Of a DNA stretch of 64,000 nt, positions 1-13,400 are shown in pieces. The stretch is from assembly GCA_004431415.1 (NCBI GenBank), contig QPMI01000064.1:186001-250000 (forward strand), in the 5' to 3' direction. The notes under the pieces were generated by a model. That model did not search any database, was not told the DNA's origin, and was given only the letters and a program-made list of their open reading frames with translations. The position numbers were made by a program, and so were the translations under genes. The stretch's first letter is position 1, and each line of letters starts with the position of its first letter. Source of the stretch: Cyanophora paradoxa CCMP329 (lineage: Eukaryota > Plantae > Glaucophyta).

Positions 1-503
1 GATCTAAATCTGCAAAATTGCAGCACGCAGATCTAGAACAGAGATATAATGCCGAGAAGATATCTACGAACTCGATCGAGCACGTCGCGATTGGATTCGA
101 ATCTCGAGTTCAAGCTACAGTCATAGGCACGCGAAAATGGGAACGTAACGGAAGTCGTGGGCTAAATTCAAAAGGCGATGGCGAATAATAAAGTGAAGAC
201 TGAATGTACATGTTCAAAAGCTACCACCAAGCCAAGTATTAGCTATGCATATGGTAGATAATACGCATCCGTATGCATGGGGCTATACACTACCAGTATT
301 GCATGTTAATCTACCGGTACCCTGATCAAACGCAGAGTTGAAGAAAATTAAACTATTCACTAAACACACAGGAGCTGGCACTCGATCAAACGCTATAAGC
401 GTGTCTGGCCGCGCAGTGCTGCGACGGCTTACAATCATGAAACAGACGGCTGGACCAGGGCGAAATTGGGCGAGCCGCTGTTGGTATCTACATATCTAAC
501 GAG

Positions 504-3500
504 CTAGAACGATCCGGTGAAAAAACGCGCCGCAAGGCAGTTGTAATGAGTGTCTGAATCGAAGCTGGTGAAGACTCGACGCAGGCAATCCTGGCCAGTC
601 GGCGTCGTGCGATGAGCACACATGTACACGTGCAGGCCGCCTGAGCGGACTCGCTCGCTCACGCCTGCTGCAGCCGCGGCAGCTGCGGCAGCTGCTGGAG
701 CGCCCCGCTGACCATGCTGCGCGCGCGGGGCGGCCCAGGTCAGTCGGCTCGCTCGTTCGGCGCCGGCCCGCAGGCCCCCGAGGCACCTGCGGAACTCTTC
801 CACGCGGAAGGGCTTCACGAGCACGCCCTCGATCCCCGCCCGCCTGCGACCCGGAGAAAGGCGCCGGTCAGCCGACGCGAAGCGAAAGAGCGAAGGGAAG
901 GGCGCACCGGCAGCGGTCGCGGACGGCGGCGTCGACGTCGGCGGTGACGGCGGCCACGAAGGGGCGGGGCCCGGCGCCCGCGAGGGCGAGGATGCGCTCG
1001 CAGGCCTCCACGCCGCCCATCCGCGGCCTGCCGCACGGTCACGGTCAGCTCGGCCCGCGCGCGGTGCGATCGACAGAGATGACGTCCCCTGTAGCTAGAG
1101 CTAGCTAGAGCCGGGGCGCAGCGCCCAGATTCCCGCCCCGCCGTGCTCCGCCCTCCCTTGGCGCCCCGCCTCGCCCCGGCCTGGCCCGGCCCGCCCCGGC
1201 CCGCCCCGCCCCCGGGCCGGCGCACATGTTGAGGTCGAGGAGGACGCAGCGGTGGCGCCCGGCGGCCCAGCGCTCCACCGCCTCGGCCCCGTCCTCGGCG
1301 AAGTCGGCCCGCAGGCCCATCCCCTTCACCACCCGCGCGATCACCATCCGGTTGATCTGAGGGGGGGGGGGGGGGGGGGGGGCGGATCAGAGGGCGGCCG
1401 CGCGAGAGGGCGGAGGAGGAGCAGGGCGCACCGGTGGTCGTCAGCCACGAGGACGTCCGCCGGCGCCTCGGCCGGCGCCTCCGCCGCCGCCGCCGCCGCG
1501 GCCGCCGCCGAGTGCGGCCGCGAGCGCTGCTCCAGGACGGGTACGGCAGCCTCGGGCAGCGGCGAGAAGCGGACCGTGCTGCGGCGGTCCGCGGGCGGCG
1601 GCGCCGGCGGCGACGGGAGCGTCGCCGCCTTGATCAGCGCCCGCTGCGATCAAGCGCGCGCGGCTCGCGTCAGCCCCACAGCGGCGGCGCGGAGCGGCGG
1701 CGGGGCGCGGTTCATTGTCTTTAAATAATTTATCGCGTATAAGTTATCGCGTATAATTTATCACCTGGACGCGGGCGAAGGTGACGGGGGTGGTGAGGAA
1801 GGTGCGGCCCTGGGCCTGTCCCGCCCGGATCGGCGACACGGGGCTGCCCTGCCCCGCCGCCGTCGTCTCCTGCGCGAGCGAGCGGAAGCCGTGAGGCGCA
1901 GCGGCGGGTGGGCGGGCGGGTGTACGCACGTCGCGGCCCGATGCCTCCGCCGCCTTCTTGCGGTCGTACTCGCGGTCCTGCGTGCATGCCGCCCGCGCTC
2001 AGAGACGCAATAAAAGATGGGAAGGAGGGCAGGCACCTGGGGCGCCACGAAGATGACGCGGGGCCAGGCGGAGCCGGAGCCGGCGCCGGCGCGGGCGCCG
2101 CCGAGACGCTCGAGAGCGGCGGCCTCGGCGGCGTCGAGGCTCTCGGCGAGGTCCAGCCCCACCGGCACGAAGAGGAAGTCCGGTGCGGGCGAGGCGGGGC
2201 CGGCGAGGGCGCGGGGCCCGGCCTCGGGGGCGGCCTCGTCGAGGACCGCGAGGCCGGCGGCGCGGAGGGAGGACTCCAGCGCCTCCCGGACGATGGGCGG
2301 GAGGCCCGGCGCCACCGCGGCCGCGCGGGCCGGGCCTGCCGGGCACGCCGAGGCAAAGTCCTCGCCCCCCTCCTCGCCCCCCTCGGATCCCGCCGGGCTC
2401 CAGCCGACGCGGGCCGTAAAGTAGACCGTCGTACCCGCCCCGAACTGCGTGCGGGTGTGAGCGCGGTGTCCGCTATCGCTCTTTGCGCAAGCGCGGCCTC
2501 GCACCCTGCTCTCGACGCGCATCTCGCCCTGCATGCCCTCCACGATAGCCTTGGCGATGCACAGGCCCAGGCCCGTCCCCAGGCTCCGCCGCGCCCCGGA
2601 GTCCCCCACCTGCAGCCGCCCTGCTTAAGCGGGCGGGCGGATACGCCGGCCCGAAGGGCGAGAGGGGCGGGCCTGGACGAAGGAGGCAAAGAGCTTGGGG
2701 AGGTCCTCCTCCTTGATGCCGCACCCCGTGTCCTCCACGGCCACCTCCAGCAGCGCCCCGCCCTCCGCCGCCCCCGCGCCGGCACGCGCCCCCGCCTGCA
2801 AGCACGCGAGGGTGAGCCGCGGTCACTCGCGCGCGGCGGTCGCGCACGGCCTCGGCGTCGAAGGGTATGGCGCGGCAACGGACGGCGACGGCGCCCTCGT
2901 CCGTGAACTTCAGCGCGCTGCAAGCAACGGGCCGGCCGGCCGGGGTCAGGTCAGAGGGCGGCGCCGGCGTGTGGAGGCGAGAGGGCGCAGCGCACTTGGA
3001 GGTGACGTTGATGAGGACCTGCTTGAGCTTGCCCTCGTCCCCGACGGGGCCGCCCCGCGGCAGCCGCCCGTCGATCTCCACGCTGCACGCCAGCTGCGCG
3101 CGCGCCAAGCGTGCCAAGCGTCGGCCGCGGGCCGGCCGGCTCGGGCAAGCGAGCTCGGGCCCCGGGCGCACGTGGACGCCGGCCTTGGCGCGGGCGGCGC
3201 AGGCGTGGACGGCCGAGTCGATGCAGCCGCGCAGGCCGAAGGGGTTCGCCAGCAGCTGCAGCTTGCCCGCCTCGATTTTGGCGAAGTCCAGCACGTCTAA
3301 GAGGAAGAAAGAAAGAAAGGAGTAAGGAAAGAAAAGAGAGGAAGAGGAAGAGGAAGGGGAGAGGGGGGGTACCGTCGAGGAAGTCAAGGAGGCCGTTGCC
3401 GGAGGCGCGGATGCCCTCGGCCAGCTCCCGCTGGTCCGCCGTCAGCGGGTCCGTCTCCAGCAGCAGCTGCGGGGCGGGGCCGGCGCGGTAAGAGAGGGGT

Positions 3501-5609
3501 AGAGGCTTCGGAGGGGTGGGGGAGGACGCGCCTGGGTGCTGGCTATGAGGCCGTGGAGCGGCGTGCGCAGCTCGTGCGACGTGTACGAGACCCTACGGCG
3601 GCCACCGAGGCCGGCCGGGCCCGATCAGCGCGGTCCGACCGGCCGGCCGGCCGGCCCGCGCGCCCTCGGGCCCGCTCGGGTCTCACCAGGAGGATTTCGC
3701 CTGGGAGGCGGCCTCAGCGCGCCCCGCCTTCTCCTTCTCCGTCGCCAGCGCCGCCCGCGCCGCCTTCTGCGCCACCTCCGCCACCTTCTGAGCCGTGACG
3801 TCCTGCAGGCGGGGGGTACGCGGGTGAGGGGGGGCGCGGGGGGGGGGCAAAGGGGGGAGGGGGGTACGGCGCACGCGGACGAGGCCGAGCCAGTTCGTGA
3901 TCTCCCCAGTGGCCGCGCAGCGCACGGGCTGCAGGTGCACCTAAGGTGGTACGCCTCGTTAAGGGGCGCGAGGATGGGGGTACGGCGAGCGACGAGGGGG
4001 GTACGGGGCACCTGGGCCCACCAGGGCGTCCCGTCGCGGCGGCGGGCCGGAAACTCAAGGATCTCGCTGCGGGGTACCCCGGTCGGTTCGAGTCGGGGGG
4101 GGGGGGTCGAAGGGGGTACGGCGCACTTGCGGCCGGCGGTGAGTGCAGCGACGAGGGAGGCGTGCGTCTCGCTGCCGGCCTCCACGCAGCCGAGGATCGG
4201 GCACAGGAGGCCCACGACCTGCGCGGCCCGGGTTCGATTCCGGGCGAGAGGGAAACGCGGCCGGGGCGCCGCAAGCACCTCGTGGAACTTGAATCTGGGG
4301 AGGGGGTGCCAGGGGGAGGGGTCGGCCGCCACAGAGAGGAAAAAGGTGTGCGCGAGGGGCGGCGGATTCAGCGTACCCGGTCAGGCGCTCGTACGAGGCG
4401 TTGCTGCGGGCGGGGGACGCTTCGGTGAGGACACGCCCTTGGGAGATTCGAAAACGAACGAGCGCGCACCCGTACACGAGCTGGGAGCCTTGCGCGTTGG
4501 CGATCGCGATGCCCTCGCGCGTCGAGTCAAGGGCGCTGCGCCGAAAAGATTCGAGCGGCGGCTCCGAAAGAGATTTGATCCCAGGAAAAGCCGGCACCTG
4601 AAGACGACGCGGGACGTGTCGGACTTCCATAGAAGGTCCTCGCGCGCCTTCTCTCGCCGCACCCACCGCAGGGCTGCACGCGCCGAGCGACCGGTCAGAC
4701 CGGCCACGTGTAACAACCGGATCACATCGTCGAAGGAATCGCACCTTCGGCGGTGGCAATGGCGTGGGCGGCGCTGTGGAGAAAGATGCGCGTGGCGGGG
4801 TCGAAGCAGCCGTCGGGGGCCCCGCGAGCAGAGACGGTGAGGGCGGCCGAGCGCCCGTTGCAGATCGCCGAGGCCCGTAGCACGTGCTCGACCTCCCGGG
4901 CGGACTCGGTGCCCTTCTTCTCGCCGCTTCCGCAGATGCACGGCATCGCCGGAGGACCGAAAAACGATCCGCCGATGCCGGCCTCCTTGTCGAGCGCCGG
5001 CGAGGTCCAGGTGTGCTCCGGGGCGCTGGACTTGTCCGCGAGCCGAACGGTGATGCGGGCGTGCGGGGAGGGAAGCGCGAAGGCGATGAGCCGCCCGTAG
5101 AAGCTCGCCTCCAGCTCGCGGGCGGACTGGCGCGCTTCGCTAAACTCTGCGGCGAGCGGGCCCGCGGCCGCATGCGCATCGCAATCCGCGTCCTCCGAGC
5201 CGAGGGCATGGAGGCGGGAGAGCGTTTGGAGTTGACGGGTCAGGTGGCACGCGGGGGCGGCCGGCGGCAACGCAGGCCCGCGCGCAGATAACGATGGGTG
5301 AACGGCGGCGGGCTTCGGCTGCCACGCCGGGCAGTTGAGCGGCGGGACAAGGCTCTCGGGAGTCGGGTCAAGCTGCAGCTCCGGCACTGCCGCGCATGCA
5401 TCCGCGAGCTCGGGCGCCGCGGTGCCGTTGGAGGGAAGGCGGCACGAGGGCCTCTCCTGGTCGTTCGGCAGGCTGGATCTTCGCCGGATCGTGGGCAAGC
5501 TCTGCGGTCGCCGCGGCACGGGCTTCCGAAGCTGAAGAAGCCGGGAGAGCGCGTCGTTGACCGCAGGAACCGGCCGCGCGCCGAGTACGCAGCCTCCCTC
5601 CATGGGCAT
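504..5609 (-). CDS. Multi-exon cytosolic hybrid sensor histidine kinase (GAF-like, PAS/PAC LOV-like, HisKA, HATPase_c, receiver)
   Basis: Spliced motifs: H-box VSYTSHELRTPLHGLIA (~3540-3590); LDVLDFAKIEAGKL; N-box GDEGKLKQVLINVTS-N-ALKFTDEG; G1 DTGCGI; G2 GTGLGLCIAKAIVEGMQG; PAS/PAC NASYERLTGY..RRRDGTPWW..QPVR..GEITNWLGLV-QDVT; receiver LVADD..INRMVIARVVKGMG..VLLDLNM..LVKPF. No hydrophobic TM seen. The ATG at 5609 follows an in-frame stop. Confidence 0.9.
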
Positions 5610-6254
5610 GCCGCTCTAGTTGGAATGCTGCTGCGCCGAGCGGCGAACCCGCGCCGAGGAGAAGCGGAAGCTGTCCTGGTCTATGAGCTTGAACGCCACG
5701 CTGCCAAAGAGGGCTATCTCCTATCTTCTGTTCCGCGCGCCGTTCCGCGCGCGCTTGACGGGTGCGCCGCCAGTGCACGCCACAGTGCGCGCTTTGAGCC
5801 TTTGACTGTCGGGCCGGGCCCAGGCGGATTCGATCCGATTCGATCGACAGCGCGCGGCTTGAACCGCCTCGCAACTTAGAGTCGCAAGCGATGCACAACC
5901 GCGGCCCTAATGACGTTCGCAATTCAAAAAGCGGCAATTGCAAGCCAAGTGAACGAATTCGAAAACGCTATCCTGGCAATTGATTTACGTCGATTTGACG
6001 ACAATTACGAGGCGCCGCCGCGCCGGCGCCGGGCCGCCGGCCCGGCGGATCCGGATCGACGAGTTTTCATGCGCGGCCCAACTTCCCCTTAATCTGAATC
6101 GAAGCACGTGCTCGCAATCGCAAAGACGGGTACGCGATGAATTGTTCCGCTCGCGCCGCTTCGATATCGATATCGACGTGGACGCAAATGGCATGCGCAG
6201 TGCGCATCATGCATATGGCATTGCGCATATGCATGCGCATGCATGCATGCAGAC

Positions 6255-6724
6255 TAGGGCTGGGTTCAGTCACTGTCAGTCAAAGTCAGAGGGTCTGACT
6301 GACCCGACTGAGTCACCAAATTGGCCGACTGAGGTTCTCTCAGTCCCATACAAAACCCTGCTGGGAGCGTGCCCCCCTGTGGGCTTTTTCCATCTGAAGC
6401 TCGACGTGGATCGACCTAAAAAGGATCTTCTGTCGTCTTACCTCCAGAAAAACAACGAAATCTGAACGAAACCGCCCGCGCTAACGAGGCTAACGGGGGT
6501 CGAATTCCTTTCACCAGTGTTCTTAAGCTTTGCTCGCCTAATCACTCCCTACTGCCCGCGCATTGTGCTTGGCAACTAAAATGGATCGCATCTGGGTCAT
6601 TTCCGGGTCATTTTCCTCAGTTTTTCCACGGTAGCCTGACTGAACCTCGGGTTGACTGATTCAGTCACAGTCAGGGGGGCTGAGCGACTGGGTCAGGGGT
6701 GGTGCCTGACTGAACCCAGCACTA
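6255..6724. mobile_element. Non-autonomous hAT-type DNA transposon (MITE), 470 bp
   Basis: 18-bp TIRs TAGGGCTGGGTTCAGTCA / TGACTGAACCCAGCACTA (1 mismatch), perfect 8-bp TSD ATGCAGAC (6247-6254 and 6725-6732), subterminal TCAGTC/GACTGA motifs. An 8-bp TSD with a TAGGG terminus is typical of hAT elements. Confidence 0.9.
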
Positions 6725-6931
6725 ATGCAGACTGATGATGCAGTGCGCAGCTGCAGTGCGCACTGGCGCCGCCGCGCCGGCAGTGCCCGGCACAGTCACC
6801 ACAGTCACGTGCACGTGCACGGCCCGGCGGCCGGGCACAGTGCCACACAGATTCAATGATTGTGAGAATTTGTGACACAGTTAAACGTTGGCACTGCGGC
6901 GTGACTGCGCACAGTGCGCACTGCGCTGCCT

Positions 6932-7326
6932 GGGCCGTTTCTCGCTGTCGCGGCACTACGTAGCGAAAATTAAAGACGCCTAGCGAGATATTGAAAAACC
7001 GCTAGAGGCAAGATCGGAAGCTCGGAGCTTGCGTGCAGCTCAAGCTTGCGTGTAGCTTACGCGGCTGAGGAAAACCGCGTAGCCCCGGAGCTCCCAGCGC
7101 CGCGATTGGCTGCCAGGCTGCTCGCGTAACGCGTAGCTTGCGGCTGTAGCTTACGCGCGGAACCTTAATCTTCAAATTAGGGTTCCGCGCGTAAGCAAAA
7201 TTGCTTACACTCCGTTACGAAATTATCTTTTCCTTAACATCGTGCTACGTAGCTTAATTCGTAAGCGCTACGTAAGGCCTTACACGCAAGGCCGCCATAC
7301 ATTTTGGCGACAGCGAGAAACGGCCC
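6932..7326. mobile_element. MITE-like element with perfect 20-bp TIRs (PIF/Harbinger-like termini)
   Basis: GGGCCGTTTCTCGCTGTCGC ... GCGACAGCGAGAAACGGCCC. Internal 16-bp perfect inverted repeat at 7149-7164/7181-7196 and repeated GCTTACG/CGTAAGC motifs. No clean TSD. Confidence 0.7.
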
Positions 7327-7737
7327 TGCGCAGTGTTTACCACTGTGTAAGTCACTTGGCCGGTACTGCGCAGTGCGCACTGCGCAGTGTTTTACGTTCC
7401 GCGACATGTACGTTAGACCAGGACAAGATCATGATCATTGTCCGTCTGGCATGAGTCATGACTTCCCCGAGGCTCCGCCGGGCCGGGCTGGCCCAGTGGC
7501 CCACGGGCCACGGGCCACGGCGACTCGGCGAGCAGTACGTATATGTATATACTAGCTCTGGTCCGGTATGCACTGTACATGTGCAGCTGCGCATGCAGAT
7601 GCAGCCCGTCATCCTAGGACGTCGACTGAGGGCCTTGGCTTAGACTTGGGAATCAAGATCTAAATTAAACCGGATCGGGCAAGTCTGATCATGACCTGGG
7701 GGGCAACTCGAGTGCTCGAGCTCACGTGCACCGCGAT

Positions 7738-10387
7738 TTAGATCTCAGCGGACGGACGTCGACGGCCCTGGCCGGCCGCGGGGACGCCGGCGCCGCGCGC
7801 GGCTAGCATTTGTACTGGCAAGGCTGCCAAGGCCGTGGGCCCGACTGCGAGTTCACGTGAAGGACCGGACTCCGTGGCGCGAAGCGTACTTGAGACAAGG
7901 AGGGGACGGGGAGGAAAAAGGGGGGGGGGGGGGGGAGGGCGGCAGGGGAATTCGAAGGGGCGTAGGGATCGGAAAATATGGGGAGGGGGGGGGAAGGGGG
8001 GGGGGGCTACAGGATGAGGACCCCGAGCCAGACAAAGGCGAAGATGAACAAGTACTGGGTACTCCCCTGGGAGCTCGTCGTCTTGACCAAAACGCCCTGA
8101 GCGAGGGGCGGGTCGGTTAGGCAGGGTACAGGTCGGGCAGAGCAAGGGGCGCAGGAACGGAGAGAAAGAGGAGGGGCAGGGGTGGAGTAACACGCAGGGG
8201 TAGGGGTGGAGGTGGTCAAAAGGCTGGGCGGGAAGGAAACAATGTAGGCGGAGCGGGGCCGGGGAGGGGGAACAGGCACGGAGGCAGGGCAAGCGGCAGG
8301 GGTTGCATGGCGCGCTATCAGCAGGGGGCGGGGGCGGGGGGGGGAGGGGAGGGGGGAAGAGGGGGAGGGGGTGTAGCGGGGGGGGGGGGGAGGTACCTGG
8401 ACGGCGAGGAAGTCTTCGCGCTCGAGGGTCTCGGCCGCGCGCCCCTCCGGCGTCTCTGCACGCCCCCGGTCCGAATTCAGATCAGATCAGATCAGAGTCG
8501 GATCAGTCAGCGGCTCCTCAGCAGCCAGCAGATGCGGGGTAGATCCCGGCGCCTCGCTAGAGTCTGCAAGCTTAAGGGGCGCACGGGGCATGGAGACGGC
8601 GACGTTGGCGCTCGTCGAGATGGCAAGCATCCGAAGGTAGTTGCTGTACCTGCGCGGCAGGGGGGAGGGAAGGGGGGCGGGGGGACCGGATTAGGCGGGC
8701 CGGAAGGGCCGAGGGGGTTTGGATCTGAGCGGCGCACTTGTTGAAGATGTTCTGGAGCTTGAGGAACTCCTTCGCGTCCTTCATCTTCACCTGAGGCAGA
8801 GGCGGGTACAGTGTCAGAACGGGAAGCTTTACGAGGCGAAGGTGCAGAGCGGTCAAGGGGACGGGCTCAGGAGCAGAGGGGTAGGCCTCGGCGAGGGGCG
8901 CGGGGGGCCGCGGGGACCTCGAAGGCGGGCGCGGCAGCGAGGCCGCGGAGGCGCGCTTGCAGTGGAAAAGGGAAGCTTAGGAGGCGGAGGGGGCGCGAGG
9001 CGGAAAGGGGGGCTGGTGCCCCTGGATCTCCGGGGGGGGGGGGGGGGGGGAGGGGGGGGAGGGGGGGGGGCACCTTGAAGGCGGCGGTGAGGCGGAGGGC
9101 GGAGAGCGTGGAGAGCTGCACCTTGCTCGACTCCTGCGCGCCGCGCCCCGCCGAGGTCACAAACACGAGGTGGGCGATGGGTGGAGGGACCCCTAGAGAT
9201 CTATTGCTCGCTCGGACGCCCCCGCCCCTCCGCCCCCGCCCCGCCTCCCGCACCTTCCGGCTCCTCGCGAGGCCGCCGCCCCCGGCCGGAGATCTATCGC
9301 TCGCTCGCTCGGACGCCCCCGCCCCCACTCGCCCCCGCCCCCACTCGCCCCCACTCGCCCCCGCGCCCTCCGCCCCCTCCGCCCCCGCCCGCCGCACCTC
9401 CCTGGTCTTTGCGAGGCCGAGGGCGTCGAGCTCGGTGAAGCCGAAGGTGAGGAGCACGGAGCCGCGCCGCAGCTTCAGCACCGCCACCCGCCCCACGTCC
9501 ACCTGCGCGGAGGGGAGAGGGAGGGGGTCGCTCTTGTTGCAGGGCAGCGCCCCGCCTCGCGGGCGGGCGGGCGTGCACGCCGCCTTTAATGAGATAGAGG
9601 GGGGCGGATGGGGCGAGAGAGGGCTCAGAGAGGCAGACGGCGAGCCGGCCTGGACTAGAAGCCCCCTCTAGAAGCTTCGTCTCGTTCTCTGGGAGGAGGC
9701 GGGAGCTGGAGAGAGGAGGACGGCCCGCCGGCCTCGGCTAGCCGCTCCGGTCCCTCTCGCGGAAGGACGGCCTCTAGCCGCTAGAGAAGGACGGCCCGCC
9801 GGCCTCGGCTGGACCCTCCCTCTCGCTCTTTCTTTCTCTCAAGGAAGGCGCGCGCGCACGGCCATGTACTCAGCGACCGGCCCCGGTCTAGGCCTGGGCC
9901 TAGATCTCTGGAGGGTCGGACGGTCTAGGTCTGGGCCTAGATCGCTCTTTGTAGGGCGCGCGCGGGCGCGCACGGTCATGTACTCGGCGACGCCCCTGCG
10001 GAAGGCGTCCCCCGACTTGTTCGTGAGGAAGCCTTCCAGGTCCGTGTCGAACTTCACCTGAGCAGGGCGGGGCGGGGCGGGGCGGGGCTGGCGCGTCAGG
10101 TTTGCTGAGGGGCGGGGCGGGCGGGGCGGGGCGGGGCGGGGCGGATCGGATTGGATCGGATCGGATTGGATTGGACTGGACTGGACTGGATTGGATTGGA
10201 TTGGATTGGATTGGATTGCTTAGGGTCGCTCTCTCTGAGGGGGCCGGCGGCCAGTGGCGCTTAGGACTGCATCATCCCCTCATTGGATTGCTTAGGCGTG
10301 ATCTGAGGGGGATTGCTTGGCTTGGATTGGATTGGATTGGATTGGATTGCTAGGATTGCTCATTGGATTGGATTGCTTGAGGTGATC

Positions 10388-10419
<32 letters not shown>

Positions 10420-13400
10420 GGTGCCCTATGGCGCCCACTCACCTCGATGGGGATAAGGTTCTCGACGACGGCCGAAGCTGCGGGACCAGGGTCGCCCGCG
10501 GAGGGCGAGCGAGGGCCCGCCCCGGGCCGGGCGGCGCGCACGGGGGAATGCGCAGAGGTCGAGGCGCGTGGCGTTGGCCGCCGGCTCGTAGTTCGACGCC
10601 CGCTTGTCCATGCAGCCCTCGCCTGGCGTGGCGTAGAGTAGAGGAGGTGAGGCGCGAGCCCGAAGCGCAGCGCGCGCCGGCCGCGCGGGGCGGGGCGGGT
10701 CGCACGGTAGCTGCAGTCGAGGCCCGTCCAGCCCGGCTCGCACGTGCACGTCCCGTTCGCCTCGCACACCCCGTTCGCGTACGGCCCGAAGTCCCCCCGG
10801 TCCCAGTTCTGGCCCCGCCCGCCCGCCCGTCCAGTAAGAAAGGGAGGGGCGAAGAGCACACGCCCGCAGCCCGCCGAGCCAGCCCGGCTAGGCGTTTGTG
10901 CGAGCCCCGGGCAAGCAAGCGCCGTGGGGGAGCCGGAGGGCGCACCTGGATGCGGCCGTACTTGAGAATGTAGGGTGCCTGCCCATTCGAGAAGACCTGC
11001 CGGCGCCCGCCCGCGTGAGTCCCCGAGGCGCCGGCGCGACGGCGGCGGGCGGGTGGGCGGGCGGGCAGGCGGGCGCGCCTGCCCCGTCGAGGCGGATCGG
11101 ACCCAGGCGCGGGGACGGCAGTCCGCCAGGCAGAACGCTGCGAACAAAAAGAAGGAGAGTAGGCCGCGCTCAGCGAGGAGAAGGGCGAGCAGCGCTGGCG
11201 GCTTGGCTGATATTTGCGGGGCTCTGCGCACTCAGCTCGCAGGAGAGGCCCGTGGCGAGGCCCTGGCACACGCAGCTCCCCCGGCCGTCGCAGATGCCCC
11301 TCCCGTTCGTGCACTGCGTGCAGACCTACGCGGCAAAGGAGTAAGGGTCGGCTGGGGTGGGCCGGGGGGGAGGGAGGGGGGGAGGGAGGAGGAGGGGGCG
11401 GGTAGGCAGGCAGCTGTCGGGGGGTACGCGCCTGGCGCAGCGCGTCGTAGTTGTAGTAGCAGGACGCGTCCGGGCACAGCGCTGCGCCGAAAAAGGTGAG
11501 AAGGCGCGGGGATACGGAAAGAAAAGTGCAGGGGTGCAGGGGCGCGGGGGGTACGGGCGCGGCGCACTCCCCGAGCAGTCCGAGAGGTAGCTGGACGCCT
11601 CGCAGACACAGTGGCCCTTGTAGCAGCGCCCGTACCCCGAGCAGCCGGTCTTGCAAGCCCCTGTGGTACGCGAACGAAGAGGGGCCTCAGGGGTACGGGG
11701 ATTCGGGATGGAAGGGGGGGGGTACAGGCCGCACGCAGGTCCATGAGCCAGAGGTCGCCCTCGTCCTCCTCGGACTTGGCCACGTTCTGGGTTTGAATTA
11801 GGGGTACAAAAAAATCAAAGGCGCCTGGACGACGCTGGGGGCGCGTACCCCCCCGAAGACGAGGACGCGGTGGTCCAAAAAGGTCAGGCCCGTGTGCCGG
11901 GTTCGATTCCCTGGCGGAGGGTTCAGCGAGCAGGAGGGAGAAGCGGGGAGGAAGGGCGCGGAAATGGGTACCCGGGGACGGCCCGGGAGTGCTGACGTCT
12001 TTGACGTCGAAGAGGAGCCAGCGGCCGGTCGCTGGCGGGCGGAGCGCGCGTCGGGCGGCGTCCAATACGCGGCGCGGTGCAGGGGAAAGAGGGCACTCGT
12101 GTTGAAGAACCAGGTATCCCCCCCGACGACACCGAGCCGGTCCATCCCCCCGTAGATCCTGGGCCGGACTCAGGGAGTACCGCGCGTCGAAACAGGAGAA
12201 ACGGCGTACCCGATGACTTCGTCGTGGAGGAACATGACGGCATCGGCCCGCGCGGTCGGCGCCGCCCGCGTGACGTTCACGGTCGAAATGGGGTACCACG
12301 TGTTCGTCGCTGCGGGCGGGCGGGGGGGGGGTACTGCGTTAAGCGATTGGAGAATGGAGGGGTACGGGCAGCGCACCGTGGTCGTACGCCCAAAGGTCAT
12401 CGTAGAAGACCGAATCCGCGCCGACCTCCAGCGCGCTCGAGTTGGTCTTGTACCCCCCAACTGCGAGGGGGAGAAACGCGTTGGAGGCGGGGGTACACCG
12501 AGGAGGCGGGGGGGTAGGCGTACAGAGGATGAGGCCCTCCTCGGGATGGAAGGCGTACGCCGAGCCAGTGCGCCGCAGATGCTCGAGGCCGTACCCCCCC
12601 GAGACGGCGGGGTACAGGCGCGTGGCGAGGAACGCGGGGGGCCGGACCATGCGCCGCCCGTCCGCGTCCAGCACCTCCCCCGCGTCTGCGAACGAAGTTT
12701 TAAGAGGGTACCCGCATCTACCGGGGTACGCGCTGCCGGGCGCACGGAAGTCGAGCTCCCAGAGGTCGTTGAGGTACCCCCGGTCCGCCGCCTCCTCGTC
12801 GGGATCGTTGAAGGACCTGAACCCCCCGTAGACCTGCCGGGGTACGTCAGAAAGAGGGCGCGGGAGCCGGAAGGGGGTACGGGCGCACGAAGACGTAGCT
12901 CTTGTACGACCACATGATGCCCCGCCACCTGCGGGGTACGGGGTCGGTCAGGGGGGCACGGGGGGCGCTCCTTCGCTGAGAGCAAGCGAACGGATCGCGC
13001 CTCCGGCCGAGCCAGGAGGTGGAATCGCTGCCGTCCGAGCGGATGCGAAAGGCGCTGGGCGGGAGCTTGCGCCACAGGCGCGTGTCTACGGGGGCGGCGT
13101 AAGCCGCAGAGAGGCGCGCGCGGCCCGGACCAGCGGCGGCGGAAGGTGCCGCACCCAGCCGGAACTCCCACATATCGCTGCAGAAGTCGAAGCAGAGGGG
13201 CGAGGCGCCGCCGTAGACGATGAGGCTGAAGTTGGGCGCGCCCGAGGCCGGCAGGTCCCACTCGAGGAACCGGCGATCCAGAGCCGCAGCGCCGTGGCCG
13301 AAGCGGCCCGCGGGATGGTCCTCCGGCACGAGCGCGTCGAAGTAGTTCGCGAAGAGCTCCGTCCACTCGTTCGAGGCTGCGGGACGGATCAAATCGCGCG

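Noticed and set aside
1361-1382. Long poly-G/poly-C tracts (also near 9032, 10390, 22213, 24227, 32212, 56476) as specific G-quadruplex regulators
   Set aside because: Widespread in this window, mostly in introns, and their lengths are unreliable in long-read assemblies; nothing locus-specific can be claimed.
504-5609. Bacterial contamination suggested by the histidine kinase, SET and NACHT genes
   Set aside because: All are interrupted by spliceosomal introns of the same style as the neighbouring genes.
10143-10376. (GGATT)n as a telomeric or centromeric repeat, or as a coding IGLDW repeat
   Set aside because: Short, intronic and degenerate; an ordinary microsatellite.
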